NCBI GenBank assembly: GCA_977020255.1
Contig: CDROCS010001028.1
Span: forward strand, 62,001 to 126,000
Source: Obrimoposthia wandeli
Taxonomy: Eukaryota
Direction: 5' to 3'
DNA length: 64,000 bases
Under the pieces are notes generated by a model that saw only the letters and a program-made list of their open reading frames with translations, did no database searches and had not been told where the DNA came from. Numbering within the stretch: position 1 is the stretch's first letter; the number at the start of each line of letters is the position of its first letter. A program made the translations under genes and the position numbers. Shown here in pieces: positions 21,161 through 31,140 of this stretch.

Positions 21161-22135
21161 TTACTGCTTCATCGCTTCAATCTTCTGGCAGATATGATCA
21201 CACAGATAATGGGTCTTTAAATTTCTATCGACTAAATAGCTAGCTTGCTTACCCTGCTCAATCACAGAGATCCAATGTTCTATCATGCCCGTAAAGCCTT
21301 TCGACGTTAACATTGGCGTCCAATCGGGTAAGTAAATACGCTGTTCATTACCACCTTCCCACTTTGTACCCGAAACAAACGAATCGAATTCGTAAGACGT
21401 ATTACGATAATTTGCACTGACCTTCTCTTTGGTCACGCCAAAGGTACGATTCATTGAAGCATGGTAAATAGTATGATCTTTTTGCCATTGAACATCTAAA
21501 CGTGCCAACTGGTTCGCATCAAATTGAGTCACTAGGTGTAAGTCGTTTTCTGTCACATTCGTTACCACATTAATACTGTCTAACGGGTGAATAAAATCAT
21601 CAAAAACAAATGTACGGATACCTCCGGGTAAGTTGTGACGATTTTTTTCCCAACGCAAAGACATTAATGACAGCTTAGGTGACGAAGAAGATTGCGCTGA
21701 CTCATGTCGTTGTACACCATCGAGATAAGTATTATAAAGCGGTATGTAACGTCTATTGAAACCCATGAATAAGGGTTGCTTCTGTTGTTCTGCGATTTCA
21801 TATAGCGCTTCACATTCTTGATACGAATCTGATAACGGTTTGTCAACAAAGACAGCAATACCATGGGATAAGAAGAACTGAGCAATTTCATAATGCGATG
21901 ATGTTGCACTATGAATCATGACTGCATCGATACCACGCCTACCATTAGTCGATTGATGTGAAATCAACATCTTATAATCTGTACAAAATTCAGTGATTCG
22001 ATGCGTATTCGCTAGCTGTTTTAATCGATGTTCATTACGGGTACAAAAAACCAACTCAATGCCGTCTCGTTGCGTTAGTACTGGTAAATAGGCTTTAACC
22101 GCAATATCACCTAATCCTATAACAGCTATTTTCAT
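21161..22135 (-). CDS. Gfo/Idh/MocA-family oxidoreductase (MviM/YceM-like)
   Basis: GLGDIA Rossmann motif, VFVDKPL, GFNRR, DDFIHPLD. Confidence 0.85.
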   Translation of the reverse strand: MKIAVIGLGDIAVKAYLPVLTQRDGIELVFCTRNEHRLKQLANTHRITEFCTDYKMLISHQSTNGRRGIDAVMIHSATSSHYEIAQFFLSHGIAVFVDKPLSDSYQECEALYEIAEQQKQPLFMGFNRRYIPLYNTYLDGVQRHESAQSSSSPKLSLMSLRWEKNRHNLPGGIRTFVFDDFIHPLDSINVVTNVTENDLHLVTQFDANQLARLDVQWQKDHTIYHASMNRTFGVTKEKVSANYRNTSYEFDSFVSGTKWEGGNEQRIYLPDWTPMLTSKGFTGMIEHWISVIEQGKQASYLVDRNLKTHYLCDHICQKIEAMKQ

Positions 22136-22272
22136 TATTCTTCATCTCTTTCATTGCAAGCCACAACCGTGTGGTAACAAAATGAGATTATCACAAAATA
22201 TGACACTTTTTTTACTTTACGAGGTCTATCCTCTGATACCATTCACCTCTGTTTAACGAAATATATAATCAA

Positions 22273-22992
22273 ATGCTAGCATCTTCTTTTTTCGCAAAAA
22301 AAATCCGAGGACTAAGCGCACTTCTTGTGTTTGCTGTATTAATGACCACGGTTATTGTTCTTTTTCAACACCCAATACTTACGGGTGATGTCAACGCCGG
22401 TATTGGACTGCTTAATACAGTACTGACTGATTCAGCAGGTAGCCCGTATTTTTTAATAACGACAGCGTTATTGTGTGCCATTCCCCTATTCATGAAGCTG
22501 CCTAAAAAACAGGTACTTCAACTATGGATACAATTTGGTATTTTACTTGTGCTAAGCTTTGCTGCTAAAACAGGCTTGAAGCATATAACTGAAGTACCCC
22601 GTCCTTATACTTATGAACTTCAACAACTGGGCTTGGTTGATTCTGTAGAACAATTTTATCAATTAGATAGTGCAGAGAAAAATCAGGTTGTTGAACAAGC
22701 CAAAGAAAATGTGAGTGACTGGCGTATTCGTCATTGGCAAGGTGAAACGAACTATTCAATGCCTTCTGGACATACCATTTTTGCCGCCATTTGTGTTGTC
22801 TTTTGGGGTGGCTTTTTCTTTAGAAGAAAGCAAGTCATTCCTGCGTTACTAATAACGCTATGGGCAACAGGCGTGGGAACAAGCCGTCTTTGGATTGGCA
22901 TGCATTGGCCTTTAGATTTGTTAACCTCAATTCTCTGTGCCGGGCTTTTATATTGCCTTGTACCAGAATGGAATAGTCCCGACTCTAAATAA
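22273..22992 (+). CDS. PAP2 phosphatase (PgpB-like)
   Basis: K...EVPRP, MPSGH and SRLWIGMHWPLD catalytic motifs. Confidence 0.85.
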   Translation: MLASSFFAKKIRGLSALLVFAVLMTTVIVLFQHPILTGDVNAGIGLLNTVLTDSAGSPYFLITTALLCAIPLFMKLPKKQVLQLWIQFGILLVLSFAAKTGLKHITEVPRPYTYELQQLGLVDSVEQFYQLDSAEKNQVVEQAKENVSDWRIRHWQGETNYSMPSGHTIFAAICVVFWGGFFFRRKQVIPALLITLWATGVGTSRLWIGMHWPLDLLTSILCAGLLYCLVPEWNSPDSK

Positions 22993-23024
22993 GATTCAAC
23001 AGACACCATAAACCGCAAATAATC

Positions 23025-23082
23025 AAAGAGCCCTCAAGCAATCTTGTTCGGTAATACGAAGCAAATTGCTTGAGGGCTCTTT
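23025..23082. terminator. Bidirectional terminator-like hairpin between convergent genes
   Basis: AAAGAGCCCTCAAGCAAT ... ATTGCTTGAGGGCTCTTT. Confidence 0.7.
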
Positions 23083-23144
23083 CATAGATAACTCTAAATT
23101 GTTTAACAAAAAGTATCGCTTACATAATGTCGTCGTTGTTCAAT

Positions 23145-23513
23145 TTATGCTGCTGCATCAGTTACATTATGTTCATATTCAACGACAAGTTGATTTCCGG
23201 TGTAATACACCTTTTTTATATCACCATCAAGTATATACGTATTTTTCACCGTGACAGAATTTGGCATCGATGCCCCGACTTTATTACGTAAAGATGGCAG
23301 TGTTAGTGCAGGGTCTACATCTATAAAACCACAAAACTGAATCACGAAATGATGCTCTAAGGGCAGCTTACCTCTTAAAATATCGGAAAATACAAGCTGA
23401 CTGATCCCTAAGCGTTTTGCCATTTCAATCTGGGTTACTCGCATTTTTGCTTTATAGCTCATCCATGTGTCATGTAAGGTGTTACGGTCTTGTTCGGTGT
23501 ATTGCATACTCAA
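23145..23513 (-). CDS. XRE-family HTH protein
   Basis: VTQIEMAKRLGISQLVFSDILRG HTH. Confidence 0.75.
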   Translation of the reverse strand: MSMQYTEQDRNTLHDTWMSYKAKMRVTQIEMAKRLGISQLVFSDILRGKLPLEHHFVIQFCGFIDVDPALTLPSLRNKVGASMPNSVTVKNTYILDGDIKKVYYTGNQLVVEYEHNVTDAAA

Positions 23514-23789
23514 ATTCCTAGCGCATTTTTTCTTATTGATATTTATATTTAAACGTACAAATCAGCAATTAATGTCAGGGTAAAGTAAGTCTTATTCAGT
23601 ATGGATAATGAATATGTAAACGTGTTGAAATCTTTAGATTGCGACAGCAAACCATACCAAAATCAATAATACTTTCACAATAATCAAGCAAAGCTATTGT
23701 TTGAGAATATAAGCAAGATATAATCATGCCGCTATCAATGTGATTCTTCACTTTGATTTAGCTCTTTATAATTACGGTCGAATGAAGAA

Positions 23790-24203
23790 ATGAGTATGCT
23801 TAGAAAGCTTGTCTCAAAATTGGTATTAATGACTATGCTATTCACTGTATTTTCAACTACAGCGAATGCAGGTTTACCGTACTCAAAAAACCTCGTTCAG
23901 CCGTCAAATTGTATGGAAGTAATGTTGTGTTGTCCTTCGATGAAAATGCATAAAATGACGGTATCATCATCGATATCCTCAACTGACATGTGTGATTCAC
24001 ATTCTTCAGGTATGGATCAACCAGCACCAACCATTACACAGTGTTGTAATGATGCAGATTGCCACTCTCAAGTTAACCCCATTGCAATCCTATCTGGGTT
24101 TTCATTCGTGCCTGAAAGCACACACATTGATCATTTCATTGAACCGCAAGGTCAGATTTTTTCACGTAATGAGCCTATTCTACGCCCACCTGTATTTATT
24201 TAA
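23790..24203 (+). CDS. Secreted Cys/His/Met-rich putative metal-binding protein (CopL-like)
   Basis: Signal peptide; CC, C..C and M/H clusters; C-terminal LRPP motif; upstream of DUF411. Confidence 0.6.
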   Translation: MSMLRKLVSKLVLMTMLFTVFSTTANAGLPYSKNLVQPSNCMEVMLCCPSMKMHKMTVSSSISSTDMCDSHSSGMDQPAPTITQCCNDADCHSQVNPIAILSGFSFVPESTHIDHFIEPQGQIFSRNEPILRPPVFI

Positions 24204-24264
24204 TTACGACCAAAATTTAGATCATATTATATTTTGATATCAATTAGATAAATTAGGATTTGCC

Positions 24265-24708
24265 ATGAAATTTTCACACCTATTAGCCCTCGTATTACTG
24301 ACACTTAGCACTTCATCTTTTGCACAAGCTATTAAAGGGACGAATTATCAATCTCCTTCTTGTGGTTGTTGTAAAGAGTGGGTAAAGCATATGGAAGATA
24401 ATGGCTTCGACCTTGATGTTGTATACAAAAAAGATCTGACACCGATCAAAATTGAATTGGGTCTGCGTCCTGAATATGCATCATGCCATACCGCTGAAAT
24501 CGAAGGATACACCTTCGAAGGTCATGTACCTGCCGATGACGTTAAACGATTCTTAGCCAATAAACCGGCACGTATGATTGGGCTTGCTGTAGCTGGAATG
24601 CCGATGGGTTCACCGGGCATGGAATATGATGGTCAAAAAGACCCATATGAAGTCTTAGCATTTGACGAGAATGGTAAAACAATGGTCTGGTCTACGCATA
24701 ATCAATAA
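24265..24708 (+). CDS. DUF411-family periplasmic metal-binding protein (CopG-like)
   Basis: SPSCGCC..W, SCHTA, EGHVP and GMPMGSPGME motifs. Confidence 0.9.
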   Translation: MKFSHLLALVLLTLSTSSFAQAIKGTNYQSPSCGCCKEWVKHMEDNGFDLDVVYKKDLTPIKIELGLRPEYASCHTAEIEGYTFEGHVPADDVKRFLANKPARMIGLAVAGMPMGSPGMEYDGQKDPYEVLAFDENGKTMVWSTHNQ

Positions 24709-24824
24709 TACGTATTTAATGCATGTCGCGTTATTCTAATCACTCGACATATGTTATTTGAAAAGCCAGTTAGAAGCTCTCTTTCTAGTAGAGAGCATAT
24801 AAAAACTAACTGGCTTTTTCTTTA

Positions 24825-25841
24825 TCAATTCATCTTTTCTATACGATCAAATAATGATCGATTAGGATCATCGTTTTCTGCCCATTCAGGCTCTGTCTCA
24901 CGTTTTTCATAATAAATTTGTAACCCATTGAAATACGTAAACGCCGTTAATTCAGAGTCTTTCATAAAGAATTCAAAGAAAGCATCCTCTTGCTGAGAAA
25001 GCTCCACCAATGTCGTAATACCACGCTGTAAAGCCCACTGAATAGCATATGGTGAAATCATGGTGCGGTATAACATCAAATCTTTAATCGCTGAAAGTTT
25101 AACATTCCGTAATACAATATCTGTTTTTTGTCGCAAGTTCATTTGCTCATCAAGCACTTGTTGTTCAGCAAGTAGCGCTTTTAAACTCAATAAACTCGTT
25201 TCACGTTCAGCGGCTGAATAACCATAGGTTGTTTTACAAAAACGAATCGCATAAGCCAGTTTAGTGCGCCCCACTAGCTCGACAACGTCTTCAAGGTATG
25301 CTTGAGGAATATTATAAGCCTTAGATAGCTGCTCTACAGCTTGAACAAGGCTGGTATATACAATGCCATTAAACTCAAACTGAAACGCTGTTGTTAAGGC
25401 CACAACAGGAATACCATCAATGCTAAGATCCCATCCAGAGTAATTGACTCGCTCTTTGGCAATTTCAAACATCATCCAAGCCTTATCACGGAAGCCTTCA
25501 AATGCTCTACCTTCCATCCCTGATTCTTCAAGTTCTTGCTTGGTCCAATTAACACCAATTTGGAGGTGTTTTTCATAATGCTGATGAAGCTTATCTTTTA
25601 CTTTATCACGCAATAAATCCAAGCTACTCACCTTAATGGATTGACTAAAAGTAAAACACTCCTGACAAGCTGGGATCATGATGGGTGACGTTTGGTTATC
25701 GTAATTAGGCGATGCCATAAATGCATGTGATTTGTAATACGGTTCGCCGCAAAACCAGCAGGTATGACGAAATTTAAAAGGAACATCAATAGACTGATAG
25801 TCATCGATCATAGTGGCTTTTATCCTGCATTTAAGAATCAA
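24825..25841 (-). CDS. Conserved hypothetical protein with an N-terminal CxxC...CxxC zinc module
   Basis: CWFCGEP and PACQEC motifs. Confidence 0.65.
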   Translation of the reverse strand: MILKCRIKATMIDDYQSIDVPFKFRHTCWFCGEPYYKSHAFMASPNYDNQTSPIMIPACQECFTFSQSIKVSSLDLLRDKVKDKLHQHYEKHLQIGVNWTKQELEESGMEGRAFEGFRDKAWMMFEIAKERVNYSGWDLSIDGIPVVALTTAFQFEFNGIVYTSLVQAVEQLSKAYNIPQAYLEDVVELVGRTKLAYAIRFCKTTYGYSAAERETSLLSLKALLAEQQVLDEQMNLRQKTDIVLRNVKLSAIKDLMLYRTMISPYAIQWALQRGITTLVELSQQEDAFFEFFMKDSELTAFTYFNGLQIYYEKRETEPEWAENDDPNRSLFDRIEKMN

Positions 25842-26088
25842 TACTAAAAGCTTAGATTCAAATAGTAAGTGCGTAACGTAAGTCTATTATGCTTATCCCC
25901 TCACGATTAAATCAACATGAATGACCAAGTTTGTTTTACCTTGCTGATTCACTGTTTGTTTTCCATACAATACAGAACGATCTTATTCAGAGATTTCATA
26001 TTTTTTTGAAAAAAAGACATTCATTTTTTGCAAATGTACCGCGGAAAAAGTTAAAATATGTGCCCGTTTTGAATAAGAGTGTGATTGA

Positions 26089-26790
26089 ATGTCTGAACAG
26101 AAGCGAAAGGCGCTGAAAAAAATAGCAAAATGCCTAGAGCTGGGTAACTCTGCGAACATCAACGAAGCAGCGCAAGCTATTCGGATGGCACACCGTCTAA
26201 TGCTGAAATACGGCTTAGATCAAGATGATATCGAATTCATCAAAATGGGCAAAACCAAATCTGAAACCTTGTTACCTTCAGATGTGAGTACACAAATTCT
26301 TAAAATTATCCGAGGCATTAATCGTCGCTTCGGGGTTGAATGTGTACTGACCAATCATAAAGGTTTAAAAAAGGCAGAGTTTATTGGTGTTGCTGAACGA
26401 GCCATTTTTGCCGCTTTTGCTTTTGACATCGTTTATCGCGAAATGAATCAGCAAACAGGCCAATTCCGAAATAGCTTTGCTGGCACAGGAACAAGTACTG
26501 CAGAAGTTGCTCGACGTGTTGCATCATTTTTAGCCGGATGGCTTGAAGGTGCACTTGAAAAGTTACCCGTTTTGAACACTGATGATGATCATGAACAACG
26601 TATGTCAAACTACATCGACAAACAGTTTGAAAACCTAGATCGCGAAACATTCAAACAACAGCTGCAAGAAGCAATGAAGGGAATTACAGACGACTATGAG
26701 AAGGGAATGAAAAAAGGACGCGCTATTTCAGTCAATCGTCCTGTTGGTGGTTCAACAACTAAGCAAGATTATAAGCTGCTAGACAAATAA
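26089..26790 (+). CDS. DUF2786 domain-containing protein
   Basis: N-terminal KKIAKCLELG.S.NINEAAQA...A.RLM.KYG motif. Confidence 0.85.
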   Translation: MSEQKRKALKKIAKCLELGNSANINEAAQAIRMAHRLMLKYGLDQDDIEFIKMGKTKSETLLPSDVSTQILKIIRGINRRFGVECVLTNHKGLKKAEFIGVAERAIFAAFAFDIVYREMNQQTGQFRNSFAGTGTSTAEVARRVASFLAGWLEGALEKLPVLNTDDDHEQRMSNYIDKQFENLDRETFKQQLQEAMKGITDDYEKGMKKGRAISVNRPVGGSTTKQDYKLLDK

Positions 26791-26797
26791 TTCATCA

Positions 26798-27063
26798 TAT
26801 ACCCAAGCTACCTCAAGATGCAGGATTCAGAGTGATCTCAGCGTATTTAATTCAAGGAAAATGTGTGTAGGAATGGCATTCCCTTTCAAGCACATTTGAC
26901 ACAGAAGTAGATACGCTGAATCACTCCCGAAGGGCGAGTTTTGTTGGGCTCTATGCGGTGTTACTTATTTCCAACGTAGAACAACTAGGCCTATAAATAA
27001 GTGCCTTGCCTAGAGCCCAACAGATTCTCGCTGAAACGAGCATCTTGAGGTAACTTGGGTATA
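26798..27063. mobile_element. 266-bp non-autonomous MITE/ERIC-like element, full-length copy
   Basis: 24-bp terminal inverted repeats TATACCCAAGCTACCTCAAGATGC / GCATCTTGAGGTAACTTGGGTATA (1 mismatch), TA at both ends, nested internal inverted repeats, no ORF. Confidence 0.85.
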
Positions 27064-27099
27064 GAATACCAATAATTTTTCATTGGTTTAGCAGTCATT

Positions 27100-27127
27100 A
27101 AAAAGCCGTACTTTGTTACGGCTTTTT
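27100..27127 (+). terminator. Rho-independent terminator downstream of the DUF2786 gene and the MITE
   Basis: AAAAAGCCGTA-CTTTGT-TACGGCTTTTT. Confidence 0.7.
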
Positions 27128-27249
27128 GCTAACGTTTAAAAAAGAAGCATAAAGCCATAATTTATCATCACTTTGCAATGAAATGAGAGAGATGTCTCGT
27201 TTTTATGTTAACATTAAACAAAATCCCATGAATCCCGTAGCCTTTACAC

Positions 27250-28554
27250 ATGAAATTTCCTGGTCAGCGTAAATCCAAGCATTATTTCCCAGTTAATGCC
27301 CGTGATCCATTAGTTGCTCAAATCCAACAAGAAAATCCACTAGCGCGCACACACCCTGTTGGTGTTGGTCAAACCATTGTTGATATTGAAGCACGCGTTG
27401 ATGATGACTTCTTAGCAAGACATGCTTTGAGTAAAGGTCACTCTTTAGTTCTTGATGAAGATAAAGCTGAATTGCTTTACCTTGAACTAAAAGAACGGAA
27501 ACTGATCAGCCACGAATACCCAGGTGATACCATTGGTAACACACTGCACAACTATTCCGTACTAGCTGATGATAAATCAATTCTTTTAGGTGTAATGAGC
27601 CAAGATCTTAAGATTGGCTCGTACGCTTATCGTTACTTATGTAATACATCTAGCCGAATGGATTTAGACTTTTTACAGCCTGTCGATGGCCCTATTGGTC
27701 GTTGTTATACGCTGATAAGTGAAGATGGTGAACGTACTTTCGCAATAAACGAAGGTCAAATGAACCAGCTTCGCCCAGAAAGCATACCTGAGTGCGCATT
27801 TGAACAAGCATCAGCCCTTGTGCTGTCTTCATACTTGGTTCGTGGTAAGCCAACCGACCCAATGAAAAGCGCTGCACTTAAAGCTATTGAGTACGCAAAA
27901 AAGCATGATGTACCTGTTGTACTTACATTGGGCACTAAATACGTTATCGAAGGTAAAGAAAAATGGTGGATTGAGTTCTTAAAAGAACACGTCACCTGTG
28001 TTGCGATGAACGAAGAAGAAGCTGAAGCATTAACGGGCGAAAAAGATCCTTTAATCGCTGCAGATAAAGCACTCGATTGGGTTGATATGGTTCTTTGTAC
28101 TGCAGGACCTGTTGGCTTATACATGGCAGGTTACTGTGACGATGAATTAAAGCGTGAGTCAACGCTTCCATTGTTACCAGGCCGAATTGCTGAATTTAAT
28201 AAGCATGAATTTAGCCGACCAATGGTCAAAGACAGCTGTAAAAATCCTATCCGTGTTTATTCACACATTGCCCCATACCTTGGCGGCCCTGTTGAAATTA
28301 AAAATACCAATGGTGCCGGTGATGCCGCTTTATCTGCATTACTGCACGATATGTCTGCAAATTGTTATCACAAAGCAAATGTGCCAAATTCAAGTAAGCA
28401 CATCGCTCAATTCTTGGCATACTCTTCTTTCTCACAAATTTGTCAGTATTCTAACCGCGTAAGTTATGAAGTACTAACTCAGCACGCCCCTCGTCTCTCG
28501 CGTGGATTACCCGAGCGTGAAGATTGTCTTGAAGAAGCATATTGGGAGCGATAA
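27250..28554 (+). CDS. gsk: Inosine/guanosine kinase
   Basis: MKFPGQRKSKHYFP N-terminus, PfkB motif NTNGAGD, C-terminal YWER. Confidence 0.95.
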   Translation: MKFPGQRKSKHYFPVNARDPLVAQIQQENPLARTHPVGVGQTIVDIEARVDDDFLARHALSKGHSLVLDEDKAELLYLELKERKLISHEYPGDTIGNTLHNYSVLADDKSILLGVMSQDLKIGSYAYRYLCNTSSRMDLDFLQPVDGPIGRCYTLISEDGERTFAINEGQMNQLRPESIPECAFEQASALVLSSYLVRGKPTDPMKSAALKAIEYAKKHDVPVVLTLGTKYVIEGKEKWWIEFLKEHVTCVAMNEEEAEALTGEKDPLIAADKALDWVDMVLCTAGPVGLYMAGYCDDELKRESTLPLLPGRIAEFNKHEFSRPMVKDSCKNPIRVYSHIAPYLGGPVEIKNTNGAGDAALSALLHDMSANCYHKANVPNSSKHIAQFLAYSSFSQICQYSNRVSYEVLTQHAPRLSRGLPEREDCLEEAYWER

Positions 28555-28592
28555 TTCGCCCAATTACAATTTCTATCTAAAAACACCCATTT

Positions 28593-28619
28593 AAAAGGAG
28601 CTAATAAGCTCCTTTTTTT
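28593..28619 (+). terminator. gsk terminator
   Basis: AAAAGGAGCT-AATA-AGCTCCTTTTTT. Confidence 0.7.
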
Positions 28620-28690
28620 ATGCCAACATTTATTACAGGCACAAAAAAGGCCGCCTAGGCGACCTTCTATCATTTCTTTTTATTAAAGAA

Positions 28691-28900
28691 TTATATAGCT
28701 ACAACGTTTGCAGCCTGAAGACCTTTTTGGCCTTGCTCTACTTCAAAAGAAACTTTTTGACCTTCAGCAAGCGTTTTAAAGCCTTCTGAAGCGATTGCAC
28801 GGAAATGTACGAATACGTCAGCGCCGCCGTTGTCTTGAGTGATGAAACCGAAACCTTTCTCTTCGTTAAACCACTTGACGATACCAGTTGTGTTAGACAT
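28691..28900 (-). CDS. Cold-shock protein (CspA family)
   Basis: RNP1 KGFGFI and RNP2 VFVHF; 69 aa. Confidence 0.95.
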
Positions 28901-29265
28901 GTGTGTCCCTTATTTAATATTTAAATGTCGCATATGCGACGTGATAATCTGTTGAATTATACACTGTTACGCTAAATAAAAGGAAACATATAGGTACATA
29001 ACGATAACGTTTTTGTAGCTGTAGGTTTAACTTGTACTTGATGCTGCATGTAATAACTCTCTGAAGAACTGAGATACATACTACCAGCTGCTCGCTTTTT
29101 GTACAGCTTAATTTTCGTACAAATGCATTTTTAGCCGCAACAATACGCTACAAAACAGAGATTTAACACCAATAACCTTTAATTATCAAACGTTTAGCTT
29201 AGGGTGTAAAAGTTTAATAATAACAAACGTGGCCCGTCCCCCTTCTATCACCTCTAATTAGTATG

Positions 29266-30165
29266 CTAAGCGACGACAGCATGGCGTTCTGCACCGCGCA
29301 ACATTGCATGAATTAGCTCGTTAGCTTCAAATTTAGTGAGAGCTTCATCCGCACCAACTTGATGAGCTTGAGAAACGCTAATTTCACTTGATAAGGAGGT
29401 ATGTAAAATAATGTAGAGACTTTTCAGTTTATCGGTGTTTTTTACTTCAAAAGCGAGTTCATAACCATCAAGCCCTGGCATCTCAATATCACTCACTAGA
29501 ATCTGAAACGGATCATTACTATCCGCTGCATGTTTCATCATGCTTAAAGCATCTTTCCCATTCGTTGATATAAAGTAAGGAACACTAATACTGTCTAATG
29601 CTTGTGATAACTGACGTCGAGCGACAGATGAATCATCGACTAATAGAATCTTAAGTGGGCGTAAAATTTCACGTTCGATATCTGTTAGTACAGGATTAAG
29701 GCTACTTGGGTCTTCAGGGAAGATCTTTGACATCAACAATTCAACATCTAGAAGCTGAACAAGATTATCTTCAACTGTTGTTACACCAGTCACAAACACA
29801 TTATTGCCTAACGATACAGGTGGAGCATCAATTTCATGCCAATTACATTCTGTAATTTTATTTATACCACGCACCATAAAACCGACTAGCTTTCGTTGGC
29901 AATCGGTAATGATAATATAACAGTCTTTTACTTCCTCCTTAACTAACGCTCGGTAGCCCACAGCTTTAGCCATATCGATGACAGGGAATGTTTGACCACG
30001 CAAAGTAGCAGCACCCAGAACGGTAGAATGAGAATGCGGAATAACAGTTAGCGGTGTGTAAGGAACAATTTCTTTCACTTTCAACGTTCCAATCGCAAAA
30101 GATTGGTTAAGTGTGAGTTGAAAAAGCAACATCCCTTGAGACTGGTTGGTTGCGCTTTTAATCAT
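29266..30165 (-). CDS. cheV: Chemotaxis protein CheV (CheW + REC)
   Basis: CheW domain followed by a receiver domain (VDDS, SDIEMPGLDG). Confidence 0.9.
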   Translation of the reverse strand: MIKSATNQSQGMLLFQLTLNQSFAIGTLKVKEIVPYTPLTVIPHSHSTVLGAATLRGQTFPVIDMAKAVGYRALVKEEVKDCYIIITDCQRKLVGFMVRGINKITECNWHEIDAPPVSLGNNVFVTGVTTVEDNLVQLLDVELLMSKIFPEDPSSLNPVLTDIEREILRPLKILLVDDSSVARRQLSQALDSISVPYFISTNGKDALSMMKHAADSNDPFQILVSDIEMPGLDGYELAFEVKNTDKLKSLYIILHTSLSSEISVSQAHQVGADEALTKFEANELIHAMLRGAERHAVVA

Positions 30166-30442
30166 AAGTCGATCCCGTAATTACATAGCCGATAACATAG
30201 AAAGCTATTTTAACCGTTTAAAGGACTTATAGGAATTAAGGTTATTGATTTTATAGATATTAAGTCAATTTTGTTAACTTATGCATCAATTATCAAAATA
30301 GCAAACCGTACTAAATCACAGCCTGTGTAGCCGCCAAATTTTTCTAACGTATCGCTACCGCTCCTCCATCAGGCAGAAAATTATACAAACTCACACTATA
30401 GTTAAGATGGTGCTATAGCTTGTTCAAAGAGGATGGATCGAT

Positions 30443-30613
30443 ATGGAACTGCGTAATAAAGTTGGAGAAATCGCCAAACTAGCAGATAACTTAACATTGA
30501 AAGAAATAGTCGACATGGGCTTTTCTATCGATATCTGTGACGAAAACTACGATTCCAATGAGCATTGGACAATACAGCAAGATTCAGACAGAAAGGAAAG
30601 GGGCTATCCATAA
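30443..30613 (+). CDS. Small 56-aa acidic protein MELRNKVGEIAKLADNLTLKEIVDMGFSIDICDENYDSNEHWTIQQDSDRKERGYP (not in ORF track)
   Basis: Hand-translated; GAGGA RBS upstream; followed by a hairpin at about 30672-30708. Confidence 0.55.
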   Translation: MELRNKVGEIAKLADNLTLKEIVDMGFSIDICDENYDSNEHWTIQQDSDRKERGYP

Positions 30614-31140
30614 AATCGTACAGAACATTCAACGTCTCTTTATAAATATTTATGTAAGTATTACGGACAACGAAACGAAAAGCTGACAAATGTTGGCTTT
30701 TCGTTTTTTCAAGTGATAAAAAATTTATAATTTATTCAGTAATAAGCAATTACATTTATTCTTCAAAAAGTAATAACTTCAAACAACGATAAGCGTTTAA
30801 TTGCATATCAAGGAGGGGTAATCGGTAAAAACTTGATTTCATTAAATCAATCCAACGAAAACTTGCCTAGCCTACCCTCCCCGCAATATAAAATAGGTTT
30901 AATATCACGGCGTTTGATATTCCAAATTTATAATAACTAAATTAATATTAAGACAGTAAGAAATATACTATTTTTACAATCTCACATCGATTCAGTATTT
31001 CATACTGAAAAAATTCGTTAAAAACCCTTCCAACCTCTCAATTAATGCACAAAGTAGAACAATTCTAATTGAAAATTTAATTAATATTCCCATAATAAGA
31101 GCTGTCAATATTATTATATTGGTTTATAAAAAGGATTTTT

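Noticed and set aside
30165-30195. GCCGATAA as a sigma28 -10 box for cheV
   Set aside because: Wrong strand for cheV and no TAAA at the 15-bp spacing.
30295-30345. GCAAACC motif upstream of cheV as a c-di-GMP-I riboswitch
   Set aside because: Lacks the GAAA tetraloop, the GGGACGCAAAGCC segment and the P2/P3 pairing; it is also on the strand opposite cheV.
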